Source of the DNA: an uncultured Corynebacterium sp.
GTDB lineage: Bacteria > Actinomycetota > Actinomycetes > Actinomycetales > Dermabacteraceae
Length of the DNA stretch: 55,689 nucleotides
Direction of reading: 5' to 3'
Assembly (NCBI GenBank): GCA_964535185.1
Contig: CAZHSL010000001.1
Span: forward strand, 1 to 55,689
Below are positions 1 through 9,061 of the stretch, in pieces (the first letter of the stretch is position 1; each line of letters starts with the position of its first letter). The position numbers and the translations under genes were made by a program. The notes under the pieces were generated by a model. The model was given only the letters and a program-made list of their open reading frames with translations, did no database searches and was not told where the DNA came from.

Positions 1-776
1 GCCGACGAAATCAGGATGCCTAGCACGTCGAGGCAGGTCTGGTGGAACTGGAATAACTCCATGTCCTCCAGCGGGATGCCGCGGCGGAACGCCATCGCGG
101 GGCCGTCGCCGGTGAGGGTGTGGGCGTTGGAGGTGGTCTTGAAGATCTTGCCGAAGCCGCCCGAGGCGAACACGACGGACTTCGCGCGGAAGATGTGGAC
201 CTCGCCGGTGGCCAGCTCGTAGGTGACCACGCCGGAGGCGCGCACGCCCTCGTCGCTGCGGGGATCGCCGGTCATCAGCACGTCGAGCACGTAGTACTCG
301 TTGAAGAACTCGACGTCCTGCTTGACGCAGTTCTGGTAGAGCGTCTGCAGGATCATGTGGCCGGTGCGGTCCGCGGCGTAGCAGGAGCGGCGCACCGGGG
401 CCTCGCCGTGGTCGCGGGTGTGCCCGCCGAAGCGGCGCTGGTCGATCCTGCCCTCGGGGGTGCGGTTGAAGGGCAGCCCCATCTTCTCGAGGTCGAGCAC
501 CGCGTCGATGGCCTCCTTGGCCATCACCTCGGCGGCGTCCTGGTCCACCAGGTAGTCACCGCCCTTGACGGTGTCGTAGGTGTGCCACTCCCAGTTGTCG
601 TCCTCGACGTTGGCCAGCGCGGCGCACATGCCGCCCTGGGCCGCGCCGGTGTGGGAGCGGGTGGGGTAGAGCTTGGTGACGACCGCGGTGCGGGCGCGCT
701 TGGAGGACTCCAGGGCCGCGCGCATGCCGGCGCCGCCGGCGCCGACGATCACCACGTCGTAGGTATGGGTCTGCAT
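1..776 (-). CDS. sdhA: succinate dehydrogenase flavoprotein subunit (5' part; runs off the window start)
   Basis: Own translation from ATG at 776: [21 protein letters not shown] (FAD-binding), [10 protein letters not shown] (covalent-FAD His motif), RFGGH; downstream of sdhC/sdhD. Confidence 0.95.
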   Translation of the reverse strand, partial: MQTHTYDVVIVGAGGAGMRAALESSKRARTAVVTKLYPTRSHTGAAQGGMCAALANVEDDNWEWHTYDTVKGGDYLVDQDAAEVMAKEAIDAVLDLEKMGLPFNRTPEGRIDQRRFGGHTRDHGEAPVRRSCYAADRTGHMILQTLYQNCVKQDVEFFNEYYVLDVLMTGDPRSDEGVRASGVVTYELATGEVHIFRAKSVVFASGGFGKIFKTTSNAHTLTGDGPAMAFRRGIPLEDMELFQFHQTCLDVLGILISS

Positions 777-852
777 GTCGGGTGACTGCTCCGTTTCGGG
801 TCGACCGGGAAGTGTGGGGAGGAAGAGCCGGCGGGCCGGCCCTCCGAGGGGC

Positions 853-1302
853 TCAGCCCTCGCAGATGGAGGGCAGCAGGCTCGGCTCGGCGCCGACCGG
901 GCAGGGATCGAAGGTGAAGATCACCAGTGTGCCCAGGATGATCGTGACGATCACGGCGAAGTAGAGCAGTCCCTTGAGGACCAGGCGGAGGCGGTCGCTG
1001 CGCGCGTAGTCGTTGATGATCGTGCGCACGCCGTTGCCGCCGTGGATGAGGCCCAGCCACAGCATCAGCAGGTCCCAGACCTGCCAGAAGGGGGAGGACC
1101 ACTTCCCGCCGACGAAGGCGAAGTCGATGCCCTTGACGCCCTCGCCCAGCCACAGGTTCACGAAGAGGTGGCCGAACACGAGGATCACCAGCAGCAGGCC
1201 GGAGGCGCGCATGAACAGCCACGAGAGCATCTCGGAGTTGATGCCGCGCTGGCCCGTGCGGCGGTAGCGGGTGCTCGGATCGGGGATGGAGGTGGTGGAC
1301 AT
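853..1302 (-). CDS. sdhD: succinate dehydrogenase hydrophobic membrane anchor subunit
   Basis: WLFMRASG...HLFV...[13 protein letters not shown], three hydrophobic segments; an in-frame GTG at 1311 overlapping the sdhC stop is an alternative start. Confidence 0.9.
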   Translation of the reverse strand: MSTTSIPDPSTRYRRTGQRGINSEMLSWLFMRASGLLLVILVFGHLFVNLWLGEGVKGIDFAFVGGKWSSPFWQVWDLLMLWLGLIHGGNGVRTIINDYARSDRLRLVLKGLLYFAVIVTIILGTLVIFTFDPCPVGAEPSLLPSICEG

Positions 1303-1307
1303 CGTGA

Positions 1308-1685
1308 TCACGCTCCGAACATGTGCATGAGGTGGCGGGGGAGGAATCCGGCCATGAGGACGACCCACACGACCACGACGCCCCAGAACAGGGAGCGCTG
1401 GCGCGCGGTGCCCTGGGACCAGAAGTCCACCAGGATCAGGCGCACGCCGTTGAGGGCGTGGAAGAGGATCGCGCCGACGAGACCGACCTCGCCGAGCCCG
1501 AACACCACCGTCTTGTAGTGCCCGATCACCTCGTTGTAGGCCTCGGGGGAGACACGGACCAGAGCGGTGTCCAGGACGTGCACGAGCAGGAACAGGAAGA
1601 TGAGCATTCCTGAGATGCGGTGAGCGACCCAGGACCACATGCCCTCGCGTCCGCGATAGAGCGTCCCGGATTGGGCTGAAGCCAC
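1308..1685 (-). CDS. sdhC: succinate dehydrogenase cytochrome b556 subunit
   Basis: GTLYRGREGMWSWVAHRISG...HALNGVRLILVDFW; GTG start with GGAGGA RBS (1691-1696). Confidence 0.92.
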   Translation of the reverse strand: MASAQSGTLYRGREGMWSWVAHRISGMLIFLFLLVHVLDTALVRVSPEAYNEVIGHYKTVVFGLGEVGLVGAILFHALNGVRLILVDFWSQGTARQRSLFWGVVVVWVVLMAGFLPRHLMHMFGA

Positions 1686-1948
1686 GGAGATCCTCCAGAA
1701 GCGTCGAGGTGGTGCCGGGAACAGTGAGGAGATGCCGTGGAGTGCGGCCGGCAGTGCTCCGGATCGATGCTCCGGACGGCGGTCGCGACGTGGACCGCCC
1801 GCGAGCGGGCATTTCACGACACGGCGACATCATCATCGCCCCCGACAGGGGCCTGTCCAGCGTAGCACCAGGCAGGGGCCGTGCTGTGCGTTCCCGAGCG
1901 AGCCGCCGAAGGTCTCCGGGGCCACCTCCGGGGCGGGGCCCGCTTCGT

Positions 1949-1954
1949 TACGCT
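1949..1954 (+). promoter_or_regulatory. -10 hexamer TACGCT, probable leaderless promoter of manC
   Basis: TANNNT 6 nt before ATG 1961, no SD sequence. Confidence 0.5.
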
Positions 1955-1960
1955 GGGTCG

Positions 1961-3127
1961 ATGCCCCCGCTCCCGTTCGTGCCCGTGATCCCCGCCGGCG
2001 GTGCCGGGACGCGACTGTGGCCGCTCTCACGCCGTGCCCGCCCGAAGTTCCTGCTGGACCTCACGGGCACCGGCCGCAGCCTCCTGCAGAGCACGGTGGA
2101 GCGACTGGCGCCGCTCGCCGACCGGCCGCCGATCGTGGTGACGGGGGCCGCGCACGAGGCCGCGGTGCGGGAGCAGCTGGCGGGCGTCGGCCCCGCGCAG
2201 GTGGTCGCCGAGCCGTCCCCGCGCAACTCGATGCCGGCGATCGCGCTCGCGGCGGCACTGGTCGAACGGGACGCACCGGAGGCCGTCATCGGCTCCTTCG
2301 CCGCCGACCACCTGATCGACGATCCGGATGCCTTCGCCGACTCCGTGGCGGTGGCCCGCGCCGCCGCCGAGGGCGGATACCTGGTGACGGTCGGGATCGC
2401 ACCCACCCGGCCGGCCACCGGGTTCGGGTATATCGAGCGAGCGGCGCCCGGGCGGCGCCGCGCCCCCGGCACGCCCGGCCCGCTCCCGGCCGGGGCCCAT
2501 CCCGTGACCCGCTTCGTCGAGAAGCCGGACCGTGGGCGCGCGGAGGAGTTCCTGGCCACCGGCAGGTTCCTCTGGAACGCCGGGATGTTCGTGGTGAAGG
2601 CGTCGGTGCTGCTCGACGAGCTCGCGCGGCAGATCCCCTCCCTGGCCGCCGGGGCCCGCGAGATCGCCGCCGCGCACGGCACCGCGCAGCACCGGGAGGT
2701 CCTCGAGCGGGTCTGGCCGCGCCTGACCGCGATCGCCATCGACCACGCCCTGGCGGAGCCGCTGGCCGCCGACGGGAAGGTCGCGGTGGTGCCGGCCGCC
2801 TTCGGCTGGGACGACGTCGGCGACTTCGCCGCACTCGCACGGCAGCTGCGCGAGCACCCGGGCCGGGCCGTCCCCGAGAGCGCCGCCGCGGAGCGCGGCG
2901 AGGCGGAAGGCGATGTCCGGCTGCTGGGAAGCGCCACGGTCGATGCCGTCTCCTCCCGGGCCACGGTGTACGGTGCGACGGATCGCCACATCGCCCTGGT
3001 CGGGCTGGACGGCATCAGCATCGTCGACACCGAGGACGCGCTGCTGGTGCTCGCCGACGGACAGGCGCAGGACCTCCCGGCGCTCGTCGCCCGGCTCGAC
3101 GAGCGCGGACTGGGCCGTCTGCGCTGA
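1961..3127 (+). CDS. manC: mannose-1-phosphate guanylyltransferase
   Basis: AGGAGTRLWPLSR...PKF, EPSPRNS, FVEKP, WNAGMF, WDDVG motifs. Confidence 0.9.
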   Translation: MPPLPFVPVIPAGGAGTRLWPLSRRARPKFLLDLTGTGRSLLQSTVERLAPLADRPPIVVTGAAHEAAVREQLAGVGPAQVVAEPSPRNSMPAIALAAALVERDAPEAVIGSFAADHLIDDPDAFADSVAVARAAAEGGYLVTVGIAPTRPATGFGYIERAAPGRRRAPGTPGPLPAGAHPVTRFVEKPDRGRAEEFLATGRFLWNAGMFVVKASVLLDELARQIPSLAAGAREIAAAHGTAQHREVLERVWPRLTAIAIDHALAEPLAADGKVAVVPAAFGWDDVGDFAALARQLREHPGRAVPESAAAERGEAEGDVRLLGSATVDAVSSRATVYGATDRHIALVGLDGISIVDTEDALLVLADGQAQDLPALVARLDERGLGRLR

Positions 3128-3217
3128 CGTCGACCGCCCGCAGCGGCCACCGCGAGGGCGTCGACCCCGCCGCACCGGCGACGGGGCCGTCCCGACGGAT
3201 TGCAGGGGAGTGCACAG

Positions 3218-4459
3218 GTGGAGCAGTCGCAGCAGGTCCTGCTGGGTACCGCGCAGCAGCGGTCGATGCTGGGGCCGACGGGCCTGATCGCCCGGACGGT
3301 CGCCGAGTCCGAGGAGTCGCTGCGCGCGGTGCGCCGGCACCTCCACCGCCACCCGGAGCTGTCCCATCGGGAGCACGCCACCACCGACTTCATCGAGGAG
3401 CAGCTGCGCGGGCTCGGGCTCTCGCCGCAGCGCATGGCGCACACCGGACTGATCTGTGACATCCCCGGGGAGGACCCGGGCCTGGAGCTGATGGCGCTGC
3501 GCGCCGACATGGACGCGCTCGGCATCCCCGAGCTGACCACCGTCGCCTTCCGCTCGACCGTCGACGGCGTCTCCCATGCCTGCGGGCACGACGTCCACAT
3601 GAGCGCCGTCCTCGGCGCGGCGACCGCGCTGGTGAGGGTCGCCGATGCCGGCGGCCTCCGCCGCGGGGTGCGCCTGGTGTTCCAGCCCGCGGAGGAGATG
3701 CACCCCTGCGGCGCCCTCGAGCTGATCGGCCAGCACGTGCTCGACGGCGTCGACTCGATCCTGGCCCTGCACTGCGACCCCGGCGTCGACGTGGGGCACG
3801 TGGGCCTGAAGTCCGGCCCCATCACCTCGGCCACCGATCCGGTGGCCGTCCACGTGCGCGGCGCCGGCGGGCACACCTCGCGCCCGCACCTCACCCAGGA
3901 CCTCGTCTACGCGCTCGGGTCGATCGCCACCCAGCTGCCGGCCGCGCTGAACCGGCGGATGGATCCGCGCTCCGGCGTGAACCTGACCTGGGGCAGCATC
4001 CACGCCGGCTCGGCCTTCAACGCGATCCCCAGCAGCGGCACCCTCGAGGGGACCCTGCGCTGCCTGGATCACGAGGCATGGGACCAGGCGGAGGAGCTGC
4101 TGGAGTCGATCCTGGCCGACCTGGTGCGGCCGTGGGGCGTCGAAGCGCGGGTGAGCCACGACCGCGGCGTGCCGCCGGTGTCGAACTCCCCGCGGAGCGT
4201 CGACGTGCTGTCCTCCGCCGTGCAGGGCGTGCTGGGCCTGGACAACCTCGACCCGACCGCGCAGTCCCTGGGCGGGGAGGACTTCGCCTGGTACCTGGAG
4301 AAGGTGCCGGGCGCCCTCGCGCGGCTCGGCACGCGCACCCCGGGCGGGCGCACCTACGACCTGCACATGGGAGACCTGATGATCGACGAGCGGGCGATCG
4401 GCATCGGCGCCTCGGTGCTCGCGGCCGCCTGCGTCCAGCGCGACCTGCTGCCCCGGTGA
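3218..4459 (+). CDS. M20 family amidohydrolase
   Basis: LHRHPELS, RADMDAL, HACGHDVH, FQPAEE, GGEDF motifs; start codon uncertain (3200/3218/3266). Confidence 0.88.
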   Translation: MEQSQQVLLGTAQQRSMLGPTGLIARTVAESEESLRAVRRHLHRHPELSHREHATTDFIEEQLRGLGLSPQRMAHTGLICDIPGEDPGLELMALRADMDALGIPELTTVAFRSTVDGVSHACGHDVHMSAVLGAATALVRVADAGGLRRGVRLVFQPAEEMHPCGALELIGQHVLDGVDSILALHCDPGVDVGHVGLKSGPITSATDPVAVHVRGAGGHTSRPHLTQDLVYALGSIATQLPAALNRRMDPRSGVNLTWGSIHAGSAFNAIPSSGTLEGTLRCLDHEAWDQAEELLESILADLVRPWGVEARVSHDRGVPPVSNSPRSVDVLSSAVQGVLGLDNLDPTAQSLGGEDFAWYLEKVPGALARLGTRTPGGRTYDLHMGDLMIDERAIGIGASVLAAACVQRDLLPR

Positions 4460-4666
4460 CGGGACCGGGCCGCGCGGCGGGACGAGGGCGGCCGCGCGAG
4501 CTCCCGTACGGCACATCCGCGTCGATTTCATAACGGTTCACGGACTGGGACCGAACAGGCCCCCGGCGGGTGCTCCGCGCGGATATGGTCCAAGCGCACT
4601 GCGACAGCGCTGTCGCCACGGAACCCACGGGGCGCTCCCGGCCCCGCACCTGACGAAGGAACCCTC

Positions 4667-5782
4667 ATGAAGAGCATCACGCGTGCGCTCGCCCTGGCCG
4701 GCGCCGGAGCCCTGACCCTCGCCGCCTGCGGCACGGCCCCCGAGGAGAACGCCGGGGGCGGCGGCAGCGACGGCGGCGGTGCCTCGAGCGACTACAAGGC
4801 CTGCATGGTCTCGGACGCCGGCGGCTGGGACGACAAGTCCTTCAACGAATCCAGCTACAAGGGCCTGAAGAACGCGGAGGAGGCCCTCGGGATCCAGACC
4901 AGCACCGCGGAGTCCACCACCGTCTCCGACTTCGCCCCGAACATCAACAACATGGTCACCCAGGACTGCGACCTGATCATCACCGTCGGCTTCCTGCTGG
5001 CCCCCGCCACCGGTGCGGCCGCGCAGGAGCACCCCGACACCGACTTCGCGATCGTGGACTCCACCGCGCAGGACGCCGACGGCAACCCGATCGAGCTCGA
5101 CAACGTCAAGCCGCTCGAGTTCAACACCGCCGAGGCCGCGTTCCTGGCCGGGTACCTGGCCGCCGGGATGACCGAGACCGGCAAGGTCGCCACCTACGGC
5201 GGCGTGGACATCCCCACCGTCACCATCTTCATGGACGGCTACGTCGACGGCGTCGCCCACTACAACGAGACGCACGGCGAGGACGTCGAGGTGCTCGGCT
5301 GGAACAAGGAGGAGCAGTCCGGCTCCATCGTCGGCACCTTCGAGGACCAGTCCAAGGGCAAGGCCGTCTCCGACGAGTTCTACAGCGCCGGCGCCGACAT
5401 CATCATGCCGGTCGCCGGGCCCGTGGGCGCCGGCACCCTCGCCTCCGCCAAGGAGGGTGAGGACCGCATGGTGATCTGGGTCGACGCCGACGGCTACGAG
5501 ACCAACGCCGCCGATCCCGAGGCGCAGTCCGTCATCCTCACCTCCGTCATGAAGGAGATGACCGTGGGTGTCGAGGACGTCATCACCGGCGCCGCCGAGG
5601 GCGAGTTCGACGGCACGCCGTACGTGGGCACCCTCGAGAACGGCGGCGTGGGCCTGGCCCCCTACCACGACTTCGAGGACGAGGTCCCCGCGGAGCTCAC
5701 CGAGGAGCTGGAGACCCTCGAGCAGGAGATCATCAGCGGCGACGTGGTCGTCGAGTCGAAGGCCTCCCCGCAGGGGGCCTGA
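4667..5782 (+). CDS. BMP family ABC substrate-binding lipoprotein (nucleoside uptake)
   Basis: Lipobox LAAC, DKSFNES, IWVDAD; GAAGGA RBS; heads ABC-cdd-deoA operon. Confidence 0.9.
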   Translation: MKSITRALALAGAGALTLAACGTAPEENAGGGGSDGGGASSDYKACMVSDAGGWDDKSFNESSYKGLKNAEEALGIQTSTAESTTVSDFAPNINNMVTQDCDLIITVGFLLAPATGAAAQEHPDTDFAIVDSTAQDADGNPIELDNVKPLEFNTAEAAFLAGYLAAGMTETGKVATYGGVDIPTVTIFMDGYVDGVAHYNETHGEDVEVLGWNKEEQSGSIVGTFEDQSKGKAVSDEFYSAGADIIMPVAGPVGAGTLASAKEGEDRMVIWVDADGYETNAADPEAQSVILTSVMKEMTVGVEDVITGAAEGEFDGTPYVGTLENGGVGLAPYHDFEDEVPAELTEELETLEQEIISGDVVVESKASPQGA

Positions 5783-5794
5783 GCCCCGCTGACC

Positions 5795-5834
5795 GGCGCG
5801 CGGTCCCTGCCCGCGAGGGCGGGGGCCGCGCGCC
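5795..5834 (+). terminator. 18-bp GC-rich hairpin with GCGA loop after the binding-protein gene (mRNA stabiliser or partial terminator)
   Basis: GGCGCGCGGTCCCTGCCC-GCGA-GGGCGGGGGCCGCGCGCC pairs fully with two G-U; no U tract. Confidence 0.6.
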
Positions 5835-5889
5835 ACGTCTGAACCTCGCTGGGCCGGCCGCCCGGCCCGCACCGACGGAAGCGAACGCT

Positions 5890-7461
5890 GTGAAACTCGA
5901 ACTGCGCGGGATCACGAAGACCTTCGGGACCTTCGTGGCCAACGACGCCATCGACCTGGTCGTCGAACCGGGGGAGATCCACTCGCTGCTGGGCGAGAAC
6001 GGGGCCGGCAAGTCCACCCTGATGAACGTCCTCTACGGGCTCTACCGGCCCGAGGGCGGTCAGATCGTCATCGACGGCACGCCGGTCTCCTTCGCGGACC
6101 CGGGCGACGCGATGGACGCCGGCATCGGGATGGTCCACCAGCACTTCATGCTGGTGCCCGTCTTCACCGTCGCGGAGAACATGGTGCTCGGGCACGAGCC
6201 GACCAGGGGCGGCCTGCTCGACCTCGCCGCAGCGCGGAAGCTGGTGCGGGAGATCTCCGCCCGCTTCGGCTTCGACCTGGATCCCGACGCGCTGGTCGAG
6301 GACCTCCCCGTCGGCGCCCAGCAGCGGGTCGAGATCATCAAGGCCCTCAGCCGCAGCGCCGAGGTGCTGGTGCTGGACGAGCCCACCGCCGTCCTCACCC
6401 CGCAGGAGACGGACGAGCTGATGGAGATCATGCGCCAGCTGCGGGACGAGGGCACCTCGATCGTGTTCATCACCCACAAGCTCCGCGAGGTCAAGGCCGT
6501 CTCCGACCGGATCACCGTGATCCGTCGCGGCAAGGTGGTGGGCGAGGCCGACCCCTCGGCCGACCAGGCCGAGCTGGCCTCCCTGATGGTGGGCCGCCAG
6601 GTGTCGCTGAACCAGGACAAGGCCGAGGCCGCGCCCGGTGAGGTGGCGCTCGAGGTCACCGATCTGCGGGTGATCGACGCGGCCGGCACGCGCACCCTCG
6701 ACGGCGTCTCCTTCGAGGTGCGCCACGGCGAGGTGCTCGCCATCGCCGGTGTGCAGGGCAACGGCCAGACCGAGCTCGCCGAGGCGCTGCTGGGCCTGCA
6801 GGAGACGGTGCAGGGCTCGGCGACCCTCGAGGGGCAGGAGCTGGTGGGCCGCACCACCAAGCAGGTGCTCGACGCGGGCGTCGGCTTCGTCCCCGAGGAC
6901 CGCACCCACGACGCGCTGGTCGCCGACTTCTCGGTCGCCGAGAACCTCGTGCTGGACCAGCACGACCGCGCACCCTTCGGCAGCGCCCTGGCGATGAGGC
7001 CGAGGCCGATCCGGCAGAACGCGGAGAGGCTGATCCCGGAGTTCGACATCCGCACGGAGTCGGCCGGCTCGGCGGTCTCCACACTCTCGGGCGGCAACCA
7101 GCAGAAGGTCGTCATGGCGCGAGCGCTGAACCGCGAGCTCGCCCTGCTGATCGCCTCCCAGCCCACCCGCGGCGTGGACGTGGGATCCATCGAGTTCCTG
7201 CACCGCCGCATCCTCGACGAGCGCGACAAGGGCACCCCGGTCGTGATCGTCTCGACCGAGCTGGACGAGGTCACGCAGCTCGCGGACCGCATCGCCGTGA
7301 TGTACGGCGGGCGGATCCTGGGGATCGTCCCCGGGGACGAGGACCGCGACGTGCTGGGCCTGATGATGGCCGGCTACAGCGTCGACGCCGCCCGTGAGGC
7401 CGTCGCCGCCGGGGCCCGCACCACCGACTCCCAGCTCGCCGATGAAGGAGACATCGCATGA
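5890..7461 (+). CDS. ABC transporter ATP-binding protein (two NBDs, sugar/nucleoside type)
   Basis: GENGAGKST, LDEPT, LSGGNQQK, SQPTRGVDVG. Confidence 0.92.
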   Translation: MKLELRGITKTFGTFVANDAIDLVVEPGEIHSLLGENGAGKSTLMNVLYGLYRPEGGQIVIDGTPVSFADPGDAMDAGIGMVHQHFMLVPVFTVAENMVLGHEPTRGGLLDLAAARKLVREISARFGFDLDPDALVEDLPVGAQQRVEIIKALSRSAEVLVLDEPTAVLTPQETDELMEIMRQLRDEGTSIVFITHKLREVKAVSDRITVIRRGKVVGEADPSADQAELASLMVGRQVSLNQDKAEAAPGEVALEVTDLRVIDAAGTRTLDGVSFEVRHGEVLAIAGVQGNGQTELAEALLGLQETVQGSATLEGQELVGRTTKQVLDAGVGFVPEDRTHDALVADFSVAENLVLDQHDRAPFGSALAMRPRPIRQNAERLIPEFDIRTESAGSAVSTLSGGNQQKVVMARALNRELALLIASQPTRGVDVGSIEFLHRRILDERDKGTPVVIVSTELDEVTQLADRIAVMYGGRILGIVPGDEDRDVLGLMMAGYSVDAAREAVAAGARTTDSQLADEGDIA

Positions 7462-7517
7462 GCAGTCCTGTGTGTCGACGAACTGCGAGGTACGAGCGGG
7501 AGGAGACGAACGCATGA
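7458..7517 (+). other. 19-aa mini-ORF MSSPVCRRTARYEREETNA, ATGA-coupled to both neighbours
   Basis: ATG overlaps the ATPase stop, TGA overlaps the permease ATG, AGGAG SD upstream; translation not demonstrated. Confidence 0.45.
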
Positions 7518-9061
7518 GCACTCCTGACGTGGCGGAGAGCAGCACTCCCGGCATCGGCGGCGGCAGCGCGGAGACCCCGCCGCCGCCCGCGGAGACCGCG
7601 CAGACCGCGCTGTCCCGGACCCTGCAGAGGATCGCCCGCGGCGACCTGCTGGTCGTGGTGATGAGCTTCGTGTTCGCCTTCCTGATCGGCTCCGTGCTGA
7701 TCGTGATCGCGAACCAGGAGGTCCGGGCCTCGCTCGGATACTTCTTCGACCGGCCCTCCGACGCGCTGACCGCGATCTGGCAGTCCGTCACCCACGCCTA
7801 CGGCGCCATGTTCCGCGGCGCGATCTTCGACATCCCGGGATACACGCGGACGGCCCAGAGCGTCCGCGAGGCCGGCGGCACCGGCACCTACGTGCTGCTG
7901 CCCGCGCTCGCCGCCGGGCTCCGCCCGCTCACCGAGACCCTCACCGTCGCGACCCCGCTGATCATCGCCTCCGCAGGGATGGCCGTCTCCTTCCGCGCCG
8001 GTCTGTTCAACATCGGCGGCACCGGGCAGCTGATCGCCGGTGCCATGGCCGCCGGGTACGTGGGCTTCACCTTCGACCTGCCGATCGTGGTGCACCTGCT
8101 GATCTGCCTGCTCGCCGGCACCCTCGCCGGTGGCATGTGGGGCGGCATCGCCGGTTTCCTCAAGGCGCGCTTCGGCGCGAACGAGGTCATCAGCACCATC
8201 ATGCTGAACTGGATCGCCACCTACCTGCTGTTCTTCGCGCTGAAGACCGCAGCGTTCACCGGCGCCAACCAGTCCCAGCCCACCTCGCCGTCGGTCGGCG
8301 AGAACGCGGCGCTCCCGCTGCTGCTGGGCTCCGGGTTCCGCCTCCACGCGGGCCTGTTCCTCGCCGCCGGCGCCGCCGTCGCGCTGTGGTGGCTGATGAG
8401 CCGCTCCACCATCGGCTTCCACTTCCGCGCGGTGGGATCGAACCCGCGCGCCGCCCAGGTCGCCGGCATCTCCCCGGCACGCACCGCGTTCCTGGTGCTG
8501 GCCGTCGCCGGCGCCCTGGTCGGGCTGGCCGGCGCCGTCCACGTGCTCGGCACCGAGCGCCGGCTCACCGAGGGGGTCGCCGGAAGCATCGGCTTCGATG
8601 CGATCACCGTGGCGCTGCTGGGCCGTTCCGGCCCGGTCGGCATCGTGCTGGCCGGTCTGCTCTTCGCGGGCCTGTCCACCGGGGGCCGCTTCATGGAGTC
8701 CAACCAGGGGGTCCCGCTGGACCTGGTGCAGGTCATCCAGGTGCTGGTGGTGCTGTTCATCGCGGCCCCGCCCCTGGTGCGCACCCTGATCGGTCTGCGC
8801 CGCGTGGACCATCCCGGAGGCAGCGCCCGCGTGCGCGGTGCCCGTCGTGCCCGCCCCGGCGCCGAGAAGGCCGCCGTGGCCTCCGGCGCTGCGGCCACCG
8901 CCGCCACGGCGTCCGACGCGGCGAGGACGGACGCCACCGCGGATCCGTCGACCAGCGACGGTCCGGAGGCCTCTCCGCCGACGCCCTCGGCACCTGGGGG
9001 ACCGCCGCCCCCGGCGCCGCACCCCCAGGACCGCACCGACGACCAGGAGGAGGAGCGATGA
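7514..9061 (+). CDS. nucleoside ABC transporter permease 1
   Basis: FRAGLFNIGGTGQ, NEVISTIMLN, GFDAITVALLG; AGGAG RBS; long low-complexity C-tail. Confidence 0.9.
   Translation: MSTPDVAESSTPGIGGGSAETPPPPAETAQTALSRTLQRIARGDLLVVVMSFVFAFLIGSVLIVIANQEVRASLGYFFDRPSDALTAIWQSVTHAYGAMFRGAIFDIPGYTRTAQSVREAGGTGTYVLLPALAAGLRPLTETLTVATPLIIASAGMAVSFRAGLFNIGGTGQLIAGAMAAGYVGFTFDLPIVVHLLICLLAGTLAGGMWGGIAGFLKARFGANEVISTIMLNWIATYLLFFALKTAAFTGANQSQPTSPSVGENAALPLLLGSGFRLHAGLFLAAGAAVALWWLMSRSTIGFHFRAVGSNPRAAQVAGISPARTAFLVLAVAGALVGLAGAVHVLGTERRLTEGVAGSIGFDAITVALLGRSGPVGIVLAGLLFAGLSTGGRFMESNQGVPLDLVQVIQVLVVLFIAAPPLVRTLIGLRRVDHPGGSARVRGARRARPGAEKAAVASGAAATAATASDAARTDATADPSTSDGPEASPPTPSAPGGPPPPAPHPQDRTDDQEEER

Noticed and set aside
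1-60. sdhA reads [19 protein letters not shown] where the family has roughly EFFQFHPTGLAGLGIL
   Set aside because: A cluster of substitutions with host-rare codons (TTA, CTA, ATT) at the very edge of the window is most simply low-quality contig-end sequence; check read support
1755-1776. TGCTCCGGA direct repeat upstream of sdhC
   Set aside because: Only two GC-rich 9-mers; no regulator assignable; plausible by chance
4456-4533. GTGA-started frame after the amidohydrolase as another relay ORF
   Set aside because: Stops at 4533, 133 nt before the next gene; counted as the negative case
4524-4542. AT-rich TTCATAACGGTTCACG upstream of the BMP gene as a CRP site
   Set aside because: Only one half-site matches; may be regulatory but cannot be assigned
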